Positions 1 through 14,295 are shown, numbered from the stretch's first letter. The stretch is DNA of 64,000 nt from Octopus vulgaris (GCA_951406725.2 OX597816.1:158162001-158226000), one strand, 5' to 3'. Notes: generated from the letters alone by a model not told the origin. Translations and numbers: made by a program.

Positions 1-325
1 AACATTGATAATACAATATTAAAAAAAAAACTGCTGCACGTGTTATCGAAAGATTAAGACTTTTCCATGTAAAAACATGGTTTTATTTTATGAATAAATT
101 TGAAACTTAATTTTCCAATACTTTCCAGTTAGTTAAATTTACTTTCAAAATAACTGGAGCATTACATTGCATCCTGCCACCCTGTATCACTCTATTAACA
201 TCATCACTAATTAGTTAAAAAGCGATTACTTTTTTTCGCTTTCTACTGCCAACTCCATCAATGCAGAGATGTTGTTGTTGTTTTGCTTTTATTTCCATTA
301 TTATCATTATCATCATCAGAACATC

Positions 326-1370
326 AAGCTAGCAGAATCATTAGCATGCCAAACGAAATGCTTAGCAGCATTTCATCTGTTGTTGTGTTCGGAGTTCAAT
401 TTCCATTGAGGCTGACTTTGCCTTTCATCATTTTGGGATCAATAAAATAAGTACCAGTTGAGCACTAGGGGGTCGATGTAATCGACTTACACCCTCTCCT
501 GAAATTACTGGCCCTGTGCTAAAATTTGAAACTATTATTATTATTATCATTATATTCAAGGCATTAAGACGGCAGAATCTTTAGCACGCCAGGCAAAATA
601 CTTAGCAGCACAGGCTTTACATTCTGAGTTCAAATTCCGCTGAGGTCAGCTTTGCTTTTCATCTTTTCGGAATTGATAAATTAAGTACCAGTTGCATACA
701 GGGGTCAATATAATCAACTAATCCCCTCCCCCAAAATTTCAGACCTTGTGCTTATAAAAGATGATGATTATTATTATTATTATTATTAATATTATTATTT
801 AGGGTGGCAAGCTTGCAGAATCATTAGCATGCCAGGCAAAATGCTTAGTTCAAATTCAGCCAAAGTCAACTTGGCCTTTCATCCTTTTGGGGTCGATAAA
901 TAAAGTACCAGTTGAGAACTGGGGTCGATGTAATCGACTATGCCTCTCCTCCAAATTTCAGGCCTTGTGCAGAGGTCGACATTGAGCACCGGGGTCAATG
1001 TAATCGTCTTACCCTTCCTGATTGATAAAATAAGTACCAGTTGCACACTGGGGTTGAAGTAATTAACTAGCCCACTCCCACTAAAATTTTAGGCCTTGTA
1101 CCTATTGTAGAAAGGGTTATTACTATTATTATTATTATTATTATAAAGAAAGCAGTGAGCTGGCAGAGTTGTTAGCATGCTGGACAAAATGCTAAGCAGT
1201 ATTTTGCCTGTCACTATGTTTTGAGTTCAAATTTCGCTGAGGTCAACTTTGCCTTTCATCCTTTCGAGGTCGATAGATTAAGTACCAGTGAAATTCTGGA
1301 GCCAATATATGTGACTAGTCCCCTTCCCCAAAACTTTAAGCCTGGTGCCTATAATAGAAAGGATTATTAT
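326..1370 (+). mobile_element. Head-to-tail cluster of about 5-6 tRNA-headed SINE copies (family A, Meta-domain-like core) separated by (TTA)n tails
   Basis: Repeated unit 'agctggcagaatc.ttagca.gcc...aaatgcttagc...gagttcaaattcc...gtcgactttgcctttcatcctttcggggtcgataaa.taagtaccag' starts at about 326, 560, 805 and 1155, with partial copies at 970-1120. It matches the intact copy at 45208-45434. Resemblance of the core to the MetaSINE domain is from memory. Confidence 0.85.
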
Positions 1371-1375
1371 TGAGT

Positions 1376-1822
1376 TAGAGAGCAGTGCATGCCATTGAAA
1401 TGACACTGGAATAATATATACGAAACCCAGTATTCCCATCATGACTACCTGTCTGATAAGGGACATGCATCACAACCCTATGTGCACGACATGGTGATCT
1501 CATATCAAGATAAACAGCACATAACCTTACAAGGTTTGTTTAAGGATTTTGAACAAAACAGCCATGTTTCCAGGGGTGAATTATCCGAACTCCAAAGAAT
1601 TCCTCTTAACACATGGTGCTTCCCCAATATTTCTGCTTGTGATCAGAGATGCACATATCATCAGCCACTAAGAGACATGCTCAACTGGTTACGGTCAAAC
1701 AACTGACAAGTAAATCTGTGGTATTGAGCAGAATATTTACTATACACCATCTTTTATACCAAGACAAAACAATGTACATAATAACACTTTCCAGTCAATT
1801 AAGATCAAAAGCCATGAGAGAT
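1376..1822. repeat. Unclassified interspersed repeat between SINE copies
   Basis: About 450-bp complex-sequence block bounded by (TTA)n tracts of neighbouring SINEs. I recall it as a common octopus repeat; there is no second copy in the window. Confidence 0.4.
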
Positions 1823-1848
1823 TAATATTATTATTATTATTATTATTG

Positions 1849-2060
1849 GGGCAAGCTGGCAGAATCGTTAGTGCGCTGGATGAAATGCTTAGCAGTATTT
1901 TCACCCGCCACTCTGTTCTGAGTTCAAATTCCACTGAAGTTGACTTTGCGTTTCATCCTTTCGAGGACGATAAATTAAGTATCAGTTGCATACTGGGGTC
2001 GATCTAATCGACTCATCCCTTCCCCCGAAATTGCTGCCCTTGTGGCATAATTTGAAATTG
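1849..2060 (+). mobile_element. SINE family A copy
   Basis: ggcaagctggcagaatcgttag...gagttcaaattcc...tttcatcctttcgaggacgataaattaagt, same as 45208-45434. Confidence 0.85.
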
Positions 2061-2379
2061 TTGTCGTCGTCATTGTTGTTGATATTATCATTATTATTAT
2101 CTTTTTATTATTATGGCTGTTGTTGTTGCAGAATAGTCAGTCAAACTTAACCTATAACCATTGTGGTGTTGATAAATAGAAATGTGGACCTACTCAACTA
2201 TATCGTCCTCTGAGATCTTTGGCCTTTTGTTTATATTAGAAACTATTATATTATCATCATTGACATGATCATCAACAGCAACCCCTCAGCAGTAGTTGAT
2301 GTAAATACTGATTAGGGACTGAAAAATCCTTAGAGGTTTTGTTTAGAAAAGAACAGCATAGATGGTAAATGATAAATCC

Positions 2380-2657
2380 TTGTTTAAGTCTGGTACTTAT
2401 TCTATCAATCGCTTTTTGTCAAACTGCTAAGTTACAAGGATGTAAACAAACCAACACCAGTTGTCTAGTGGTAGGGGAATAAATGCAAACACACACACGA
2501 AGGGCTTCCACACAATTCCTGTCTACCAAATTCACTCACAAGACATTGGTTAGTCTGGGACAGTAGTAGAAGCACCTGACCCAAAATGCCACGCAGTAGG
2601 ACTGAACTTGAAACCACATGGTTGTGAAGTGAGCTTCTTAATCACACAGCCATGCCT
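2380..2657 (-). mobile_element. SINE family B (tRNA head plus CORE-like block), diverged
   Basis: Similar to the reverse complement of 41948-42450 (ctaccaaattcactcacaag, ggactgaac...ccacatggttg, cacacagccatgcctg). Confidence 0.75.
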
Positions 2658-2679
2658 GAAGCTTTTATTTTATCTTCTG

Positions 2680-2940
2680 AGGTATCCATGTGTCTACTCA
2701 ACAGCAAGACACCTACTCCACACTCCTAGTTGAGGGGGTTTTGTCTTGCAGCATACTTGGGGACTATGTCAGTGCCGATACCACATGAAAAAGCACCCAG
2801 TACACTCTGTAAAGTGATTTGCATTAGGAAGAACACCCACCTTTAGAGACCATGCCAAAACACAACTATAGAACCTTGCCAGCTACTGTCAAACTATCCA
2901 ACCCATGCCAGCATGGAAAACTCGTGTTAAATTATGATGA
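2680..2940 (+). mobile_element. RTE-tail repeat (family C) copy
   Basis: aaaagcacccagtacactctgtaaagtg...ttaggaag...ccaacccatgccagcatggaaaa...gatga; same 3' tail as the RTE at 52615-54139. Confidence 0.75.
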
Positions 2941-3624
2941 AACTCAGTATCATTATTGAATAATATTTACCTTCACTTAGACGACTCCTCCATAAACAAC
3001 ATTTCTCAAGAAAATTGTGCATACGTAATTATGATGTGTATTTATGGATGAGACAGTTAAATACTCTTTGATCTGCAAATATTCCCACACTTATTGGATT
3101 GTCGAATTATTTGTGTGAACTCTGGTCAAAAGATACGAACCGCACCTCTTTAAACTTCGTCCTTGACCCTTATTTACTGATATAACAAAAGCAAGCCTAA
3201 CAGGAAATTGTAATTTTTTTCAGAATAAATGATAAATTAAATAATTGTCAAACATTTCAAAAGAAATCTAGAGAATAATCTACACTGTTTCCTAACACTG
3301 TATCTTATATTTTTTGTTTCAGTCAGGGCACCACCTAGAGGAATCTTTAGTCAAATGAATCGACCCCATTATTTTTTTAAGCCCAACACTTATTCTGTTG
3401 GTCTCTTTTGCAGGACCACTAAGTTACGGGGGTATAAACAAATCAACAATGGTTGTCAAGCAGTGGTGGAGAACAAACACAAAGATACACACACAGGCTT
3501 CTTTCAGTTTCCATCATTGGGCGGCCCAAGACTACAACTTAGAAGCATGTAGATTGGAAAAAAACTGCTCACTATACACCCATGCCTGCACCTAATGAAT
3601 AAATTGAATAAATTTACTCTCTCT

Positions 3625-4020
3625 CTCTTTTATTTGTTTCAATCATTTGACTGTGGCCATGCTGGAGCACTGCTTTTAGTCGAGCAAATCGACCCCAGGA
3701 CTTATTCTTTGTAAGCCTAGTACTTATTCTATCAGTCTCTTTTGCTGAATTGCTAAGTTATGGGGACGAAACACACCAGCGTCGGTTGTCAAGCGATGTT
3801 GGAGGGGACAAACAGACATACAAACACACACACAAATATATATATACATATATACGATGGGTTTTTTTTTTTTCAGTTTCCGTCGACCAAATCCACTCAC
3901 ATGGCTCTGGTCAGCCCGAGGCTATAGTAGAAGACACTTGCCCAAGGTGCCATGCAGTGGGACTGAACCCGGAACCATGTGGTTGGTAAGCAAGCTACTT
4001 ACCACACAGTCACTCCTGCG
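3625..4020 (-). mobile_element. SINE family B, near full length (a partial copy precedes it at about 3315-3590)
   Basis: Minus strand reads cgcaggagtgactgtgtggtaagtagcttgcttaccaaccacatggttccgggttcagtcccactgcatggcaccttgggcaagtgtc...gtgctccagcatggccacagtcaaatgattgaaac; contains A/B-box-like motifs and the CORE-like ccttgggcaagt. Confidence 0.9.
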
Positions 4021-4384
4021 ACTATGTTTTATATTTTGTTTCTACAGGCAGCAAATTGGCAGAGCATAGCACAAAATGTCATGCAGTATGTATTCCAACT
4101 CTATATGCTTCAAGTTCAAACCCTGTGATGGTCAAATTTTGCCTTCCAACCTGTTGGGGCCAATAAAAGTACCAATAAAAGGTAGTAGAGGGGAATAAGC
4201 TGAATAAATGATATACCTTATGTCTGACAGTATTTGCCCATCTCTTAGCCAACTAAGTTCAAGTCCTGCCACAGCATATTTGAGTAGTAGACCTAATCTG
4301 CTGTTGGGCCAAACACAACAATCTAGAATCTTGAGTGACAGACGGAGGTGTTATGAACATTGCATTGCCTTCCATGCCAGCCCA

Positions 4385-4700
4385 CATAAAGGAGGAAAGT
4401 GATTTCACGGCATTCAAATAATCCTTAGATGATTACCTCCAACAAATACCAGATAAACCACTCACACCAGGATATGTCTCTGAAAACAATAACTCTCTGC
4501 TTGAATGAGCTATGGTACCCAAGAGCTGACTGTGTAGCTCTTCCGGGTGGTACTATTAAATTAAACATGGCCTGGGTCAACTTCAGCCGAAACTAATCTA
4601 AGTAATATCTATCAACAGCTAAAGAAGAGCTTAGCTTTGCCAAGACTGGTGATGCTCAAGAAGCAGCTTCAAAGGACCCAGCATAAAGAAGGTATCCAGA
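4385..4700 (+). pseudogene. 3' end of a CR1/L2-group LINE ORF2 (decayed) plus 3' UTR
   Basis: 4385-4508 translates as IKEESDFTAFK*SLDDYLQQIPDKPLTPGYVSENNNSLLE*, resembling the FK..LD.FL..IPD.P..PGY...NSL terminus of CR1-group ORF2. Confidence 0.55.
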
Positions 4701-5284
4701 ATGGATGGGGGTCAAAATCATGGTGCTCCTTAATCTTTACTATTGTAAACTAAAGGTTTAATCTGCTGTAATGTATTGTAGTACATTCCCCACCACCACT
4801 ACCCACATATCATCATCATCTTAATGTTCCCTTTTCCACACTTGTAAGGGTCAGATAGAATGAAATGAGGGAGATTCTCTATGACCAGATGCCCTTCCTA
4901 TTTCCAATCCCCACCAGTTTCCAACCAAGATATTCCCCCATTGCTGGTCATATTTTCATGGAAGATTAGAAATGGATGACACCACTTATGTGACAGTAAC
5001 ACACATTTACAGCAATTGCACACAAATACATACATACACACAAGAATTAAACAATGACAATAAGTGTTGAATGCTGTATTCTCAACCACAATGGAGACAA
5101 GTACCAATATCTCCAAGTAGTTTGCTTGAAAAATTGTGGAGATCTCTTCTACATGAAACCATTGGTTGCCTTGTTAATCCACAATGAGCTTCTTTGAGTA
5201 ATCATGTATCAAATTCACTCCAAAACCACATGCTTGGAAAGCAAAGTTCTTAATCCCATAACCATGCTGGTACCATATAATAAT

Positions 5285-5349
5285 ATATATATATATATAT
5301 ATATTCACACACACATATATATATATATATCACACACACACACATATAT

Positions 5350-5405
<56 letters not shown>

Positions 5406-5573
5406 TATATATATGTGTGTGTATGTATGCATGTGTGTATATATATATATGTATGCATGTGTGTGTGTATGTATATATATATATGCATGTGTGTGTGTAT
5501 GTATATATATATATGCATGTGTGTGTGTATGTATATATATATATGCATGTGTGTGTGTATGTATATGTATATA

Positions 5574-5616
<43 letters not shown>

Positions 5617-5632
5617 ATATATATATATATAT
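5285..5632. repeat. Compound (TA)n/(CA)n/(TG)n microsatellite with about 30-bp repeated units
   Basis: Read directly from the sequence; source of the spurious YIYI/VCV ORFs. Confidence 0.97.
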
Positions 5633-6182
5633 TGCCACACAATTTGTATTGTATTTAAGGGCCCTTTTGACCAATGAATAAAGAATTACAATTTTTTTTT
5701 TTTAATTTATTAATAATAATATCCTTCTTTCTGCAGTAACTTTTGTTGTAAATTTAGAAATCATTACCATTTTCATTACTATTAATATTATATGACAGTC
5801 GAGAGTTTTTAAATAACCAGGTATATTTGATAAATTTTGGCACTGATATATTTTAAAACCAATTGTATCAACCAGACTTCATTGAGCTGGAAGAACGAAA
5901 GTTAGCTATCTGTCTATTGGCTGATTTTAGGGTTTGTGTGGGAGAAAAAAAATGTATGCTTCATCTGTCAAAAAAGGCTAAACAATCATAAATAATAATA
6001 ATGATAGTTATGGTGATTTTTTACACAGACATAAAATCTAGGATTCTCAGATTCTTTTTCTTCAGAAGGCCAGGAACTGAATGTTGTGAATATCCTAAAG
6101 TCAGTCATACAGAAAATTAATAAAACCATTATACATGCGTTTGTATTATATACATACATATACGTGCACACACACATATATA

Positions 6183-6225
<43 letters not shown>

Positions 6226-7881
6226 AATACATGTTTGCTTGGATATCTTATATGGATGTGTGATATATATGTGTTTATGTGAGAGTGTGTGTGTGTATGT
6301 TGCTATGTAAATGTTCATTGATACACTTAAGTGCGTATATGTGCCTGCGTATTCTAAACGCATACATACTAAATCGATCTGATATATATTTTTTTATTTG
6401 GTGTCAAATCTAAATATAAATATATATTTTTCGTACATCCCATTATTTCTCTCTTAAGATAGAAAATAGAAGGTAGGGCGAACTATTTGTGAGTGTGTGT
6501 GTGTGTTTGTTTCCAGGTGCCCAATATCGACACAAATAATCGATAATTCTTAACATGATTGTTGTAATAATAGTATTAGTAGTTTACAAGAGTAACGGTA
6601 AAGTTGCTTGTCGCAAGCATTTCGGAGGAAAAGCATTGCCAGTCTTTTATGGCCTTTTTTCCTCGTATTGAACTTCAAATAGAAAGAAGAAATGATTCCG
6701 TTTCCGCAGTCGACTATTCCATAAGAGTACATATGCTTCGTAATGAATAAATAAATCTTCATTATAATGCATCTTCCTCGTCTGAACGTGTTGGCTCTGC
6801 GTGCCAACCTGTGCATACGCTTGTGTGTGTGTGTGTTTTCAGCATACACAAGAAAGAACGCAAATATATTCCTATAAACCCGGTTTTTCTTTAGAAAGAA
6901 CTGGAAAAAAAAAAAAGATCTCATGTCCTTCATACTGAGCAATGCAAATAGATTCACTCAGATATCGTAGTATGATGTTGCGACTTTCATTCCTGTTCTC
7001 AAGGCATTAGCCATGTAAATCGATTTCTGTTATGTTTGTCTACACCCAAGATAATCATACAGGTCGCGCACGCACACACACGCGCGCGCGTACACACAAA
7101 CACACCGCATATGTATAGAAGCGATAGAGAGACCGAAAGAAAGATGAATGAATCAAACGACAGGAATTTCGTTGACTGTCATAGAGATGTCAACCAGTTG
7201 TATTGCAGCTGAAGGATGGCTGAGACTTCTAATATGGAAAGATTCGTGCTCGGAACTCCAAGCTATCTAACTACTAGTTCAATGCTCCACTTCTAAATCG
7301 CTCTCTGTCTCCCTCTCTCTCCTGCCGTATATACTCTACAAAAAAACCTAAGACAGACAAAAGATGAGGGGGTGAGTTCAATGCCTTCTGAGGATAGATG
7401 TGCATTGATAAAATATGAACTCACGTCTCTCCACAGTTCAGAGAACGGTGTTAACGGAAGCTTCATTTGAAACCAGAACGACTGATCTTCAAAGTGTCCT
7501 CAATTCACGAGTGAATTGAGGACACTTTAGACAACCCAATTTTCAATTAAGTGATACATTAACATAATTTGCTAATTACACTGAAATGATTTACTGATTA
7601 ATTTGCTTCAACAAGGATGCTAAAACCTATGATACGTCCGTTTTAGTAAATGAAAAAATTATCAATTGAAATGAGATGAGACATTCACCCTCCACAAATA
7701 CACACGTGATATGCCCCTCCTGCTTCCTCATTGTCTGGACACATTGTAGAAACCACTCAACCGTGGTCTCGACAAAATACGGCGCCCAATCACACTTCAT
7801 GTGAACAATCAATGAACCTTTCGGGTGGGAGGAAGCAGTCACGTGCAAATGAAACAAGGGAGCCTCTATATGGTCGAAGCG

Positions 7882-8220
7882 ATCTACTAGAAACAACAGC
7901 CAAATCGGCCCCAATATCAATCACAAACTCTTGAACAAAGGACACAATTGAGTAATGTAGTCCTTATTATACAAAACATCTCAGATCATAAGTCTACTCA
8001 TTCAGAAAATATACTAGGGCTAAACAACAAACTACAACCAAATAGGAAGCAACTAGAACTGATCGATTTGCTAGAAGTATCTACATCTGCTTCAAAACTC
8101 TAGCCGTCTTAAGAAAAGGCCACATTGAATAGCGTAATCCTACACAATATTTGAAAAGAAGATGAATAGTTAGAGCTAAAATGTTTTTGATCAGATCTGA
8201 CCCAGTGTTTAACAACAATA
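7882..8220 (+). repeat. Two copies of an unclassified 170-190 bp repeat (family D)
   Basis: Pattern ctagaaa.a.cagccaaatc...cacattg.ataa.gta.tcct...ggctaaacaacaa recurs at 13705-13880 (+), 13935-14295 (-, two copies), 15075-15220 (+), 55025-55190 (+) and 56890-57065 (-). Confidence 0.7.
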
Positions 8221-8919
8221 AACTGACAGCGCACGCTCACATTTTTATCTGGAACAGTTCTGTTGTTGTTGTTTGAATATGAGAACCCGAAGGAGCTGCA
8301 CTTCTCCTTTAGACTAAGGGAATCATGTGAGTGAGAGATGCTTCAACGATGCTTTTAAAAGATTTTCTTTCCTCCCCCTTTTTTTTTTTATTCTATTTCA
8401 AAACCACCACTTCGATCAGTTCTTAAGAAAGATCCACTCCTCCTAACCTCTCTCTATCTTGCTTCTCTAGAGACGAATGCAGTGGGCTTAGTTGCGCGTA
8501 GAAGGGCATAACAGTAAACTGCATTTTAATAATCATGTGGAATTCAAGCAGTTGCCAATCAGATAACAGAATGATGCTGTGGTATGCAGCGATCGAGCAT
8601 TAGAAACAAGAAATAATATCGGGCCACAGCACCTCCCCCCTCTCTCTCTTCTCTCTCCCTTTCTACGCGTCACATGGAGAGAAGCATGCCGAGTTAGTCA
8701 CTCCTTCCTCCCCGACACATACATACACCACACACCACTATCACCATCATGGGAACACGGCGGCGACGGCGGTAGCGACAAAAGACTAACCTACTGCAGT
8801 TCAAAGACAATAATAATGGCACTGTAGTGTATGCGTGTGTGTGTTGCGACAGGGACAAAAACAGAGTCGGTTCGTATTTGGAGTAATCTATCTGTATGCT
8901 TGATGGCATATATAAACAA

Positions 8920-8962
<43 letters not shown>

Positions 8963-9062
8963 GCGGTGGTGCCCCAGCATGGCCGCGGCCTTCGGACTAA
9001 AACATTTTTGAGGATTTAAGGATATATATATATATGCGCATATAAACATATACATACACACA

Positions 9063-9097
<35 letters not shown>

Positions 9098-9106
9098 AAA
9101 CATCGC

Positions 9107-9143
<37 letters not shown>

Positions 9144-12100
9144 ATATATATACTTTTATACACATGCAAATACACAGACACAGGCAAATATTTTGTGTGC
9201 GCACACGCGCCTATGGTTACATGTGTGTGAGAATTATGTTTGTATACGAACAGAGAAAATTGAAAGAGAAACTACAAGGCATGGAAAAAAAAAGTGGATT
9301 TGTGAATGAGAGAAGAGAATAAGAGAGATGGCGAGAGAGAAGACAGAAGAATAACATAAAAAGAGTTTGCATCAGTCAAGAGAGAGACAGAGAGAGAATG
9401 TGTGTGTGTAATTAAACAAAAAAAAGGCGGCTGCAATGAGGAGCCAACTACTGAAGCCGAACTTGGACGACCACTGATTTATTTATTATCTTTAATCATT
9501 TCTTTAAACGAATAACAAAAGATAGGAGATTAAAGAACGTTATCAGATCAGCCAAGGTGTTTTACAAATAAACTGAGAAGCAAGAGTACGTTGGAAACAA
9601 TTATAATCTAGAGGAAAAATGCTCGATAGATATATATATAATGTGATAGATACTGTTATGAAAAATACATATACACACGTCTGTGTGTATGTTTGAGCCA
9701 GTGTGTGTAGTTTTAAACACGCTCAAATGCGAGCAAAGCAAGTATAGAGAAATGGTGCTAACAAAAAGGGGTGAGAGGAGAGAAACTGAAAGAGAAATGT
9801 GTTGCCGGCGATAGCATGAAATAAATCAACAAAGGTCGTACCGACCACGTGAGGCGGACAAGAGCATTCACACTAAATATTTACGAAGTAAACTCATGCT
9901 AAAAATATGTACTTTTCCAATTTTTTTCTTTTCTTCAAGTTGTAACGCAAGATCACCATATGCTTTTTATGTTCTGTGTGTGCGTGTGCATATATATACA
10001 TATATATATGTGTGTGCATATATATATGTGTTTGTGTGTGCATATATGCGTGTGTGTGCATTTTTTTCACGCAGTTTTCTAAAACTTCTTAGAATACTGA
10101 AGGCAACGGAGAGAAAAGCTAATGTATGTTTATGTTGTGTATTAAACCAGCTATTTTTCTTTCTAAAGAAAGATTTTCCCCAACACCCAAAAACATTTGT
10201 TAAATATAATTAGCCCAATTTAGTAGGAGTATTACTACTGAAACTCCTGATTTTTATAGAGCCACAAAGTATCGGGAGGTTGGGTCAAATGGGATTATGT
10301 GACGTTCATGGCCTTCTTGGTGATGAAGGGTATCAACGGCCTATGGTGAATAGTGGATACAATAGGAAATCAAAATATAGTTGAAGATCCGGCTACGCAG
10401 CAATAATAAATAGGATTATTTTGTGCTTCATTGCTTCTGTGTAGAAGGTGTAAGGTGGTTCAGTCAAGGAAAAATGTAGCAATATAGTCGACCTCGTTAT
10501 TTTACAGGTATTATTTTATCTACACTTACATATAAGTGGAGAATGAAAAGGAGCGATCAACTATGAATTTCAACATTTCTCATTATTGTCTATGCACCAC
10601 CAGAAAGTAGACCTCTTACCGGCCTGACTAGCACAATAAAAAATAAAAATCAATGTAGTTCACGAAGGCGTTTATTTCCAAAAGTTTGTGAAATACGCGT
10701 TTTAATCACGAGATGAGTAACAACATAAAAAATGTTTGGCATGTAAATATGTATGTCTTTACATGTAACTATATACAAGCATACAGTCTGCACACACACT
10801 AACACCAAATACTTGTAAATCCATGCACAACAACCCTGTTGTTGTTGAAATACCACTGAAGGAGCCTTGGATCTAGGTTATAAACGGCCTGTTTCTCCAT
10901 TGAGAAATCGAGAAATAAAACTATATAATAGCATACACATGCATGCAAGCATACATATGTTCTTGAAATAATGTTGGTGAATGGAAAAGAATTTCTTGCT
11001 AAGATAAAATGCAGGAAAATTAACACACATGGTGGATTAGAAATACAGCAGATCGATGTCTTGCTCTCCCGAGACGTTTTCAAGATGAATTGAAACAAGA
11101 GTAGATAATGGATATTCCACTTTGGTTGAGTTCAGTGTGTGCGGGTGCGCGTACGTGTGAGAGATAGAGAGAGCGTAAGACAGTCAGTCTGAGTTCTGAA
11201 GAAAAAGAGAGAAAGAGTTAAAAGTTCTATTTATATAGATAGCCAGTGTATAATGGAAAGTTGCAGTTCTTTCATTGATAAAAAAAAAAACCTCATTGAA
11301 AAATACTGAAGGACTAAAACTATACTTGGTTGCACAAGGGATACTACATTGGCCCTTTGTAGATTGCTAAGAAGCCTGAATTGCAAAACCTCACAGCAAG
11401 AAAAAACCAAATGATACAAATATTCAAAAGAGTGAATGTTAACAGTTGGCAAAAGGAGTGATAAAAACTAACAAAGAATGCATACACAACACATCAGTGG
11501 TGTGTGTACGACGTTTATACAAGATGCAAATGAATCTGCATGATGTGTACTTTTGTACAAATGATTATCTAGAGAGTGAATAAGCACTGATATAGTGTTT
11601 TGTTATACATGCAAATAAATGTTTTGTATTCACAATCACCATCTGTTACTCCAGTGAAAACCGAGTTGGTTCACAAAGTGAAGCATTTTGTTATAGAGTT
11701 CTGTACTGTAAACTGCAGCTTTGAAAAAATGATGAGCTAGTAAGCAGTGTAATTTCCTGTATTCTTGAGGTCACACCAAGAACACATCGGCCGACTATCT
11801 GGGCAGTCAATAGAAGCAATGCCTGGACTAATGTGCCATAGCTGGTCTAACGTCTTAATCTAATGGGCAACAGACGTTAACCACTCATCATTATAGCATT
11901 TTGTCTAAGTCGCTGGTCAGTCCAAAAAGTGGAAACTTTTTGGTGTCATTCACGTTACCGTGGTGATAATAGAAAATAAATTTGAAAAATTTTATAGTCG
12001 TTATCAGGAAAAAAACTGATCAAACACCAGGATCACCAATATAAAAAGTACAGCTGCAGGAGACAACAACAAAATATATATACAAGTTCTCTTTTATTTT

Positions 12101-12624
12101 CTATGCAAGTCAACTTCTTGCAGCCTAAGTGATGATAAATCAATGTGGTTAAACGGCATATGTTTATTTCCAAAAGTTTGTAAAGTACAGCACTGAATGA
12201 TATAGTCATCTCACAGAGATAAGTAACAATTTTCAATTACAACATCAATTAAAAAAGGAAAAGAAAATCAGATTTAAGTTAAGCATGTAATAGTGATGTA
12301 CATTTTAAAAACATTTTTGTGAATGGAAAATATTGCCATGATAAAAATTTAAAAATTAACTGCGTATGGGTGGTCAATAATATAGCAAACTGGTGTCTTA
12401 TTCATGCATCTCGCATTAAGACCAAGTGAAATGAGCCTCCAAGAATTACGGGAGGAAGTTAATTTCAAGCCAGAGACCTGGCCGGCAACAGAGTGGAGTC
12501 CACGAACAGTAGGTGGTGTTACTAAAACAGGCGACTGATTAAGTTTACCACCAAAGTAGGCCATGACAAAATTTGAACTCGGAGAGCAAAGGTTTGGAAC
12601 AAATGCAACCAGACATTATATGTT

Positions 12625-13470
12625 TCTTTAGTGCCCACAAGGCAAAGTCGACCTCGGCGGAATTTGAACTCAGAACGTAACGGCTACGCATTTCGCCCGG
12701 CGTGCTAACGTTTCTGCCAGCTCGCCGCCTTGATCAACCAGGCATTGTATCCGATGCTTTAAATTAGACACGGCCAATTTGTAATTTGGCAGCAGCAAGA
12801 AGGACGTTTGGTATTGAATCCAATCGTATTTTGTAGGGTGTCCTGGGCCACCCTATTAGGAGACATGCCTAGAGAAAGGGGCAAAATACTTTGATGTATA
12901 TAATAACGATCCGAGTTCAAATCTCGCTATAGTTGACATCGCTTTTCATCTTTCCTGAGTCGATAAAATAGATAGGAACCAATCAAGAACTAAAACTGAA
13001 TACACCCACATTATATTCACAGCGTTTTACTTTTAATTTTAGATAATCCAATCTTTTATGCATATTTCTCACTTAACATACCAACCCCAATTGTTTATTT
13101 CAGTTTCATCTTTGTAGGGTGGCTTTGTGTTACTTATTTTATCGACTCAACAAGGATGAAAGGCAAAGTCGATTTCAACTCCTGCCAAGATCGACTTCGC
13201 CTTGCATCCTTCTGTAGTTGATAAAATAGATTACCAATGGAGTACTAGGGTCGATATAATCAGCTGTTCCTCTGATCCCAAACTTCTGGTCTTGTGTCAA
13301 TGTCAGAAACTATTATTAAAGTAACGAGCTTGGCAGAATTGTTAGCACACCGGACAAAATGCTTAGCAGCATTTCATCCGCCTAAGTCGACTTTGCTTTT
13401 CATCCTTTCGGGGTCGATGAAATAAGTACCAGTTGAGCACTGGGGTCGATGTAATCGACTAGTCTCCTGT
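12625..13470. mobile_element. Cluster of SINE family A fragments in both orientations
   Basis: 12640-12730 minus (ggcgagctggcagaaacgttagcacgccgggcgaaatg); 12910-12990, 13190-13315 and 13320-13465 plus. Confidence 0.8.
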
Positions 13471-13704
13471 TGTTATTATAATAATGGAGTAACAGGAACG
13501 ATATGAAGATATTGCCTCGCGATTTTGAGTTGCAGTCTAAGTTCAAATCCTTTCTCGAGCAGATAAAAATGTTACTGTAACCGTCTCTTAAAATGTATCT
13601 ATGTTAAAAATCATTATTATTTCTATGAAATAAACTTTAACTCACCGGTAATATATGTATCCAGTAGTTGACTACACCCCTCCGGTAACAACGAAATATC
13701 TATA

Positions 13705-14295
13705 TACATAGAAAATGCGGCCAAATCTCCCAAAATCACATCTTAAAACGAAAACACTTTGGATAATGTATAGTCATAGATATATAATGTCTGAAAGAAA
13801 AACCGATACAGTAGTCACAGCTGGAGCGTCTCAAACACATAAGTCTGTTTGATCAGAGCAAACCAGGGTTAAACAACAACTACACCGTTGTCAAAAGCTC
13901 GCTTCCACTACAATTTTTAACAGCATGGTTTATTGTTGGTAACCAAGTTGTTAACCCTCAGTGCATCTCAGACTGAATACACTTATGATCAATTATAGCT
14001 GTGACCATCCAGTTTTTTTATTTTTTCTTCAGTGCTTCAGTTTATTTAGAACTACATTCTCTTACGTGTCCGATTTTTTTTTAGGTGCTGTGAGTTGAGG
14101 GAGATTATTTTGGCTGCTATTTTTAGCCGTTATTGTTGTTTAGCCTAATTGTAAAGACCTATAATGAAAGCTGCTCTAAGTCATGACCATCCCGTTATTT
14201 TAACAGTATGTATTAGGACCGCGTTATTTAATTTGTCCGTTATTTAAGGAAGTAAGAAGTGTAGTTTCGGTGAGATTTGGCTGCTACAGCTAGCA
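13705..14295. repeat. Family D repeats, one plus and two minus copies
   Basis: tagaaaatgcggccaaatctccc...ttaaacaacaac followed by inverted copies ending tttggctgcta. Confidence 0.7.

Noticed and set aside
10251-10385. Possible exon after ttttatag
   Set aside because: All three frames stop within about 40 codons and none is recognisable
12431-12538. Short ORF MSLQELREEVNFKPETWPATEW..., faintly like an RTE/BovB C-terminus or a small exon
   Set aside because: Too short and too weak a similarity to call
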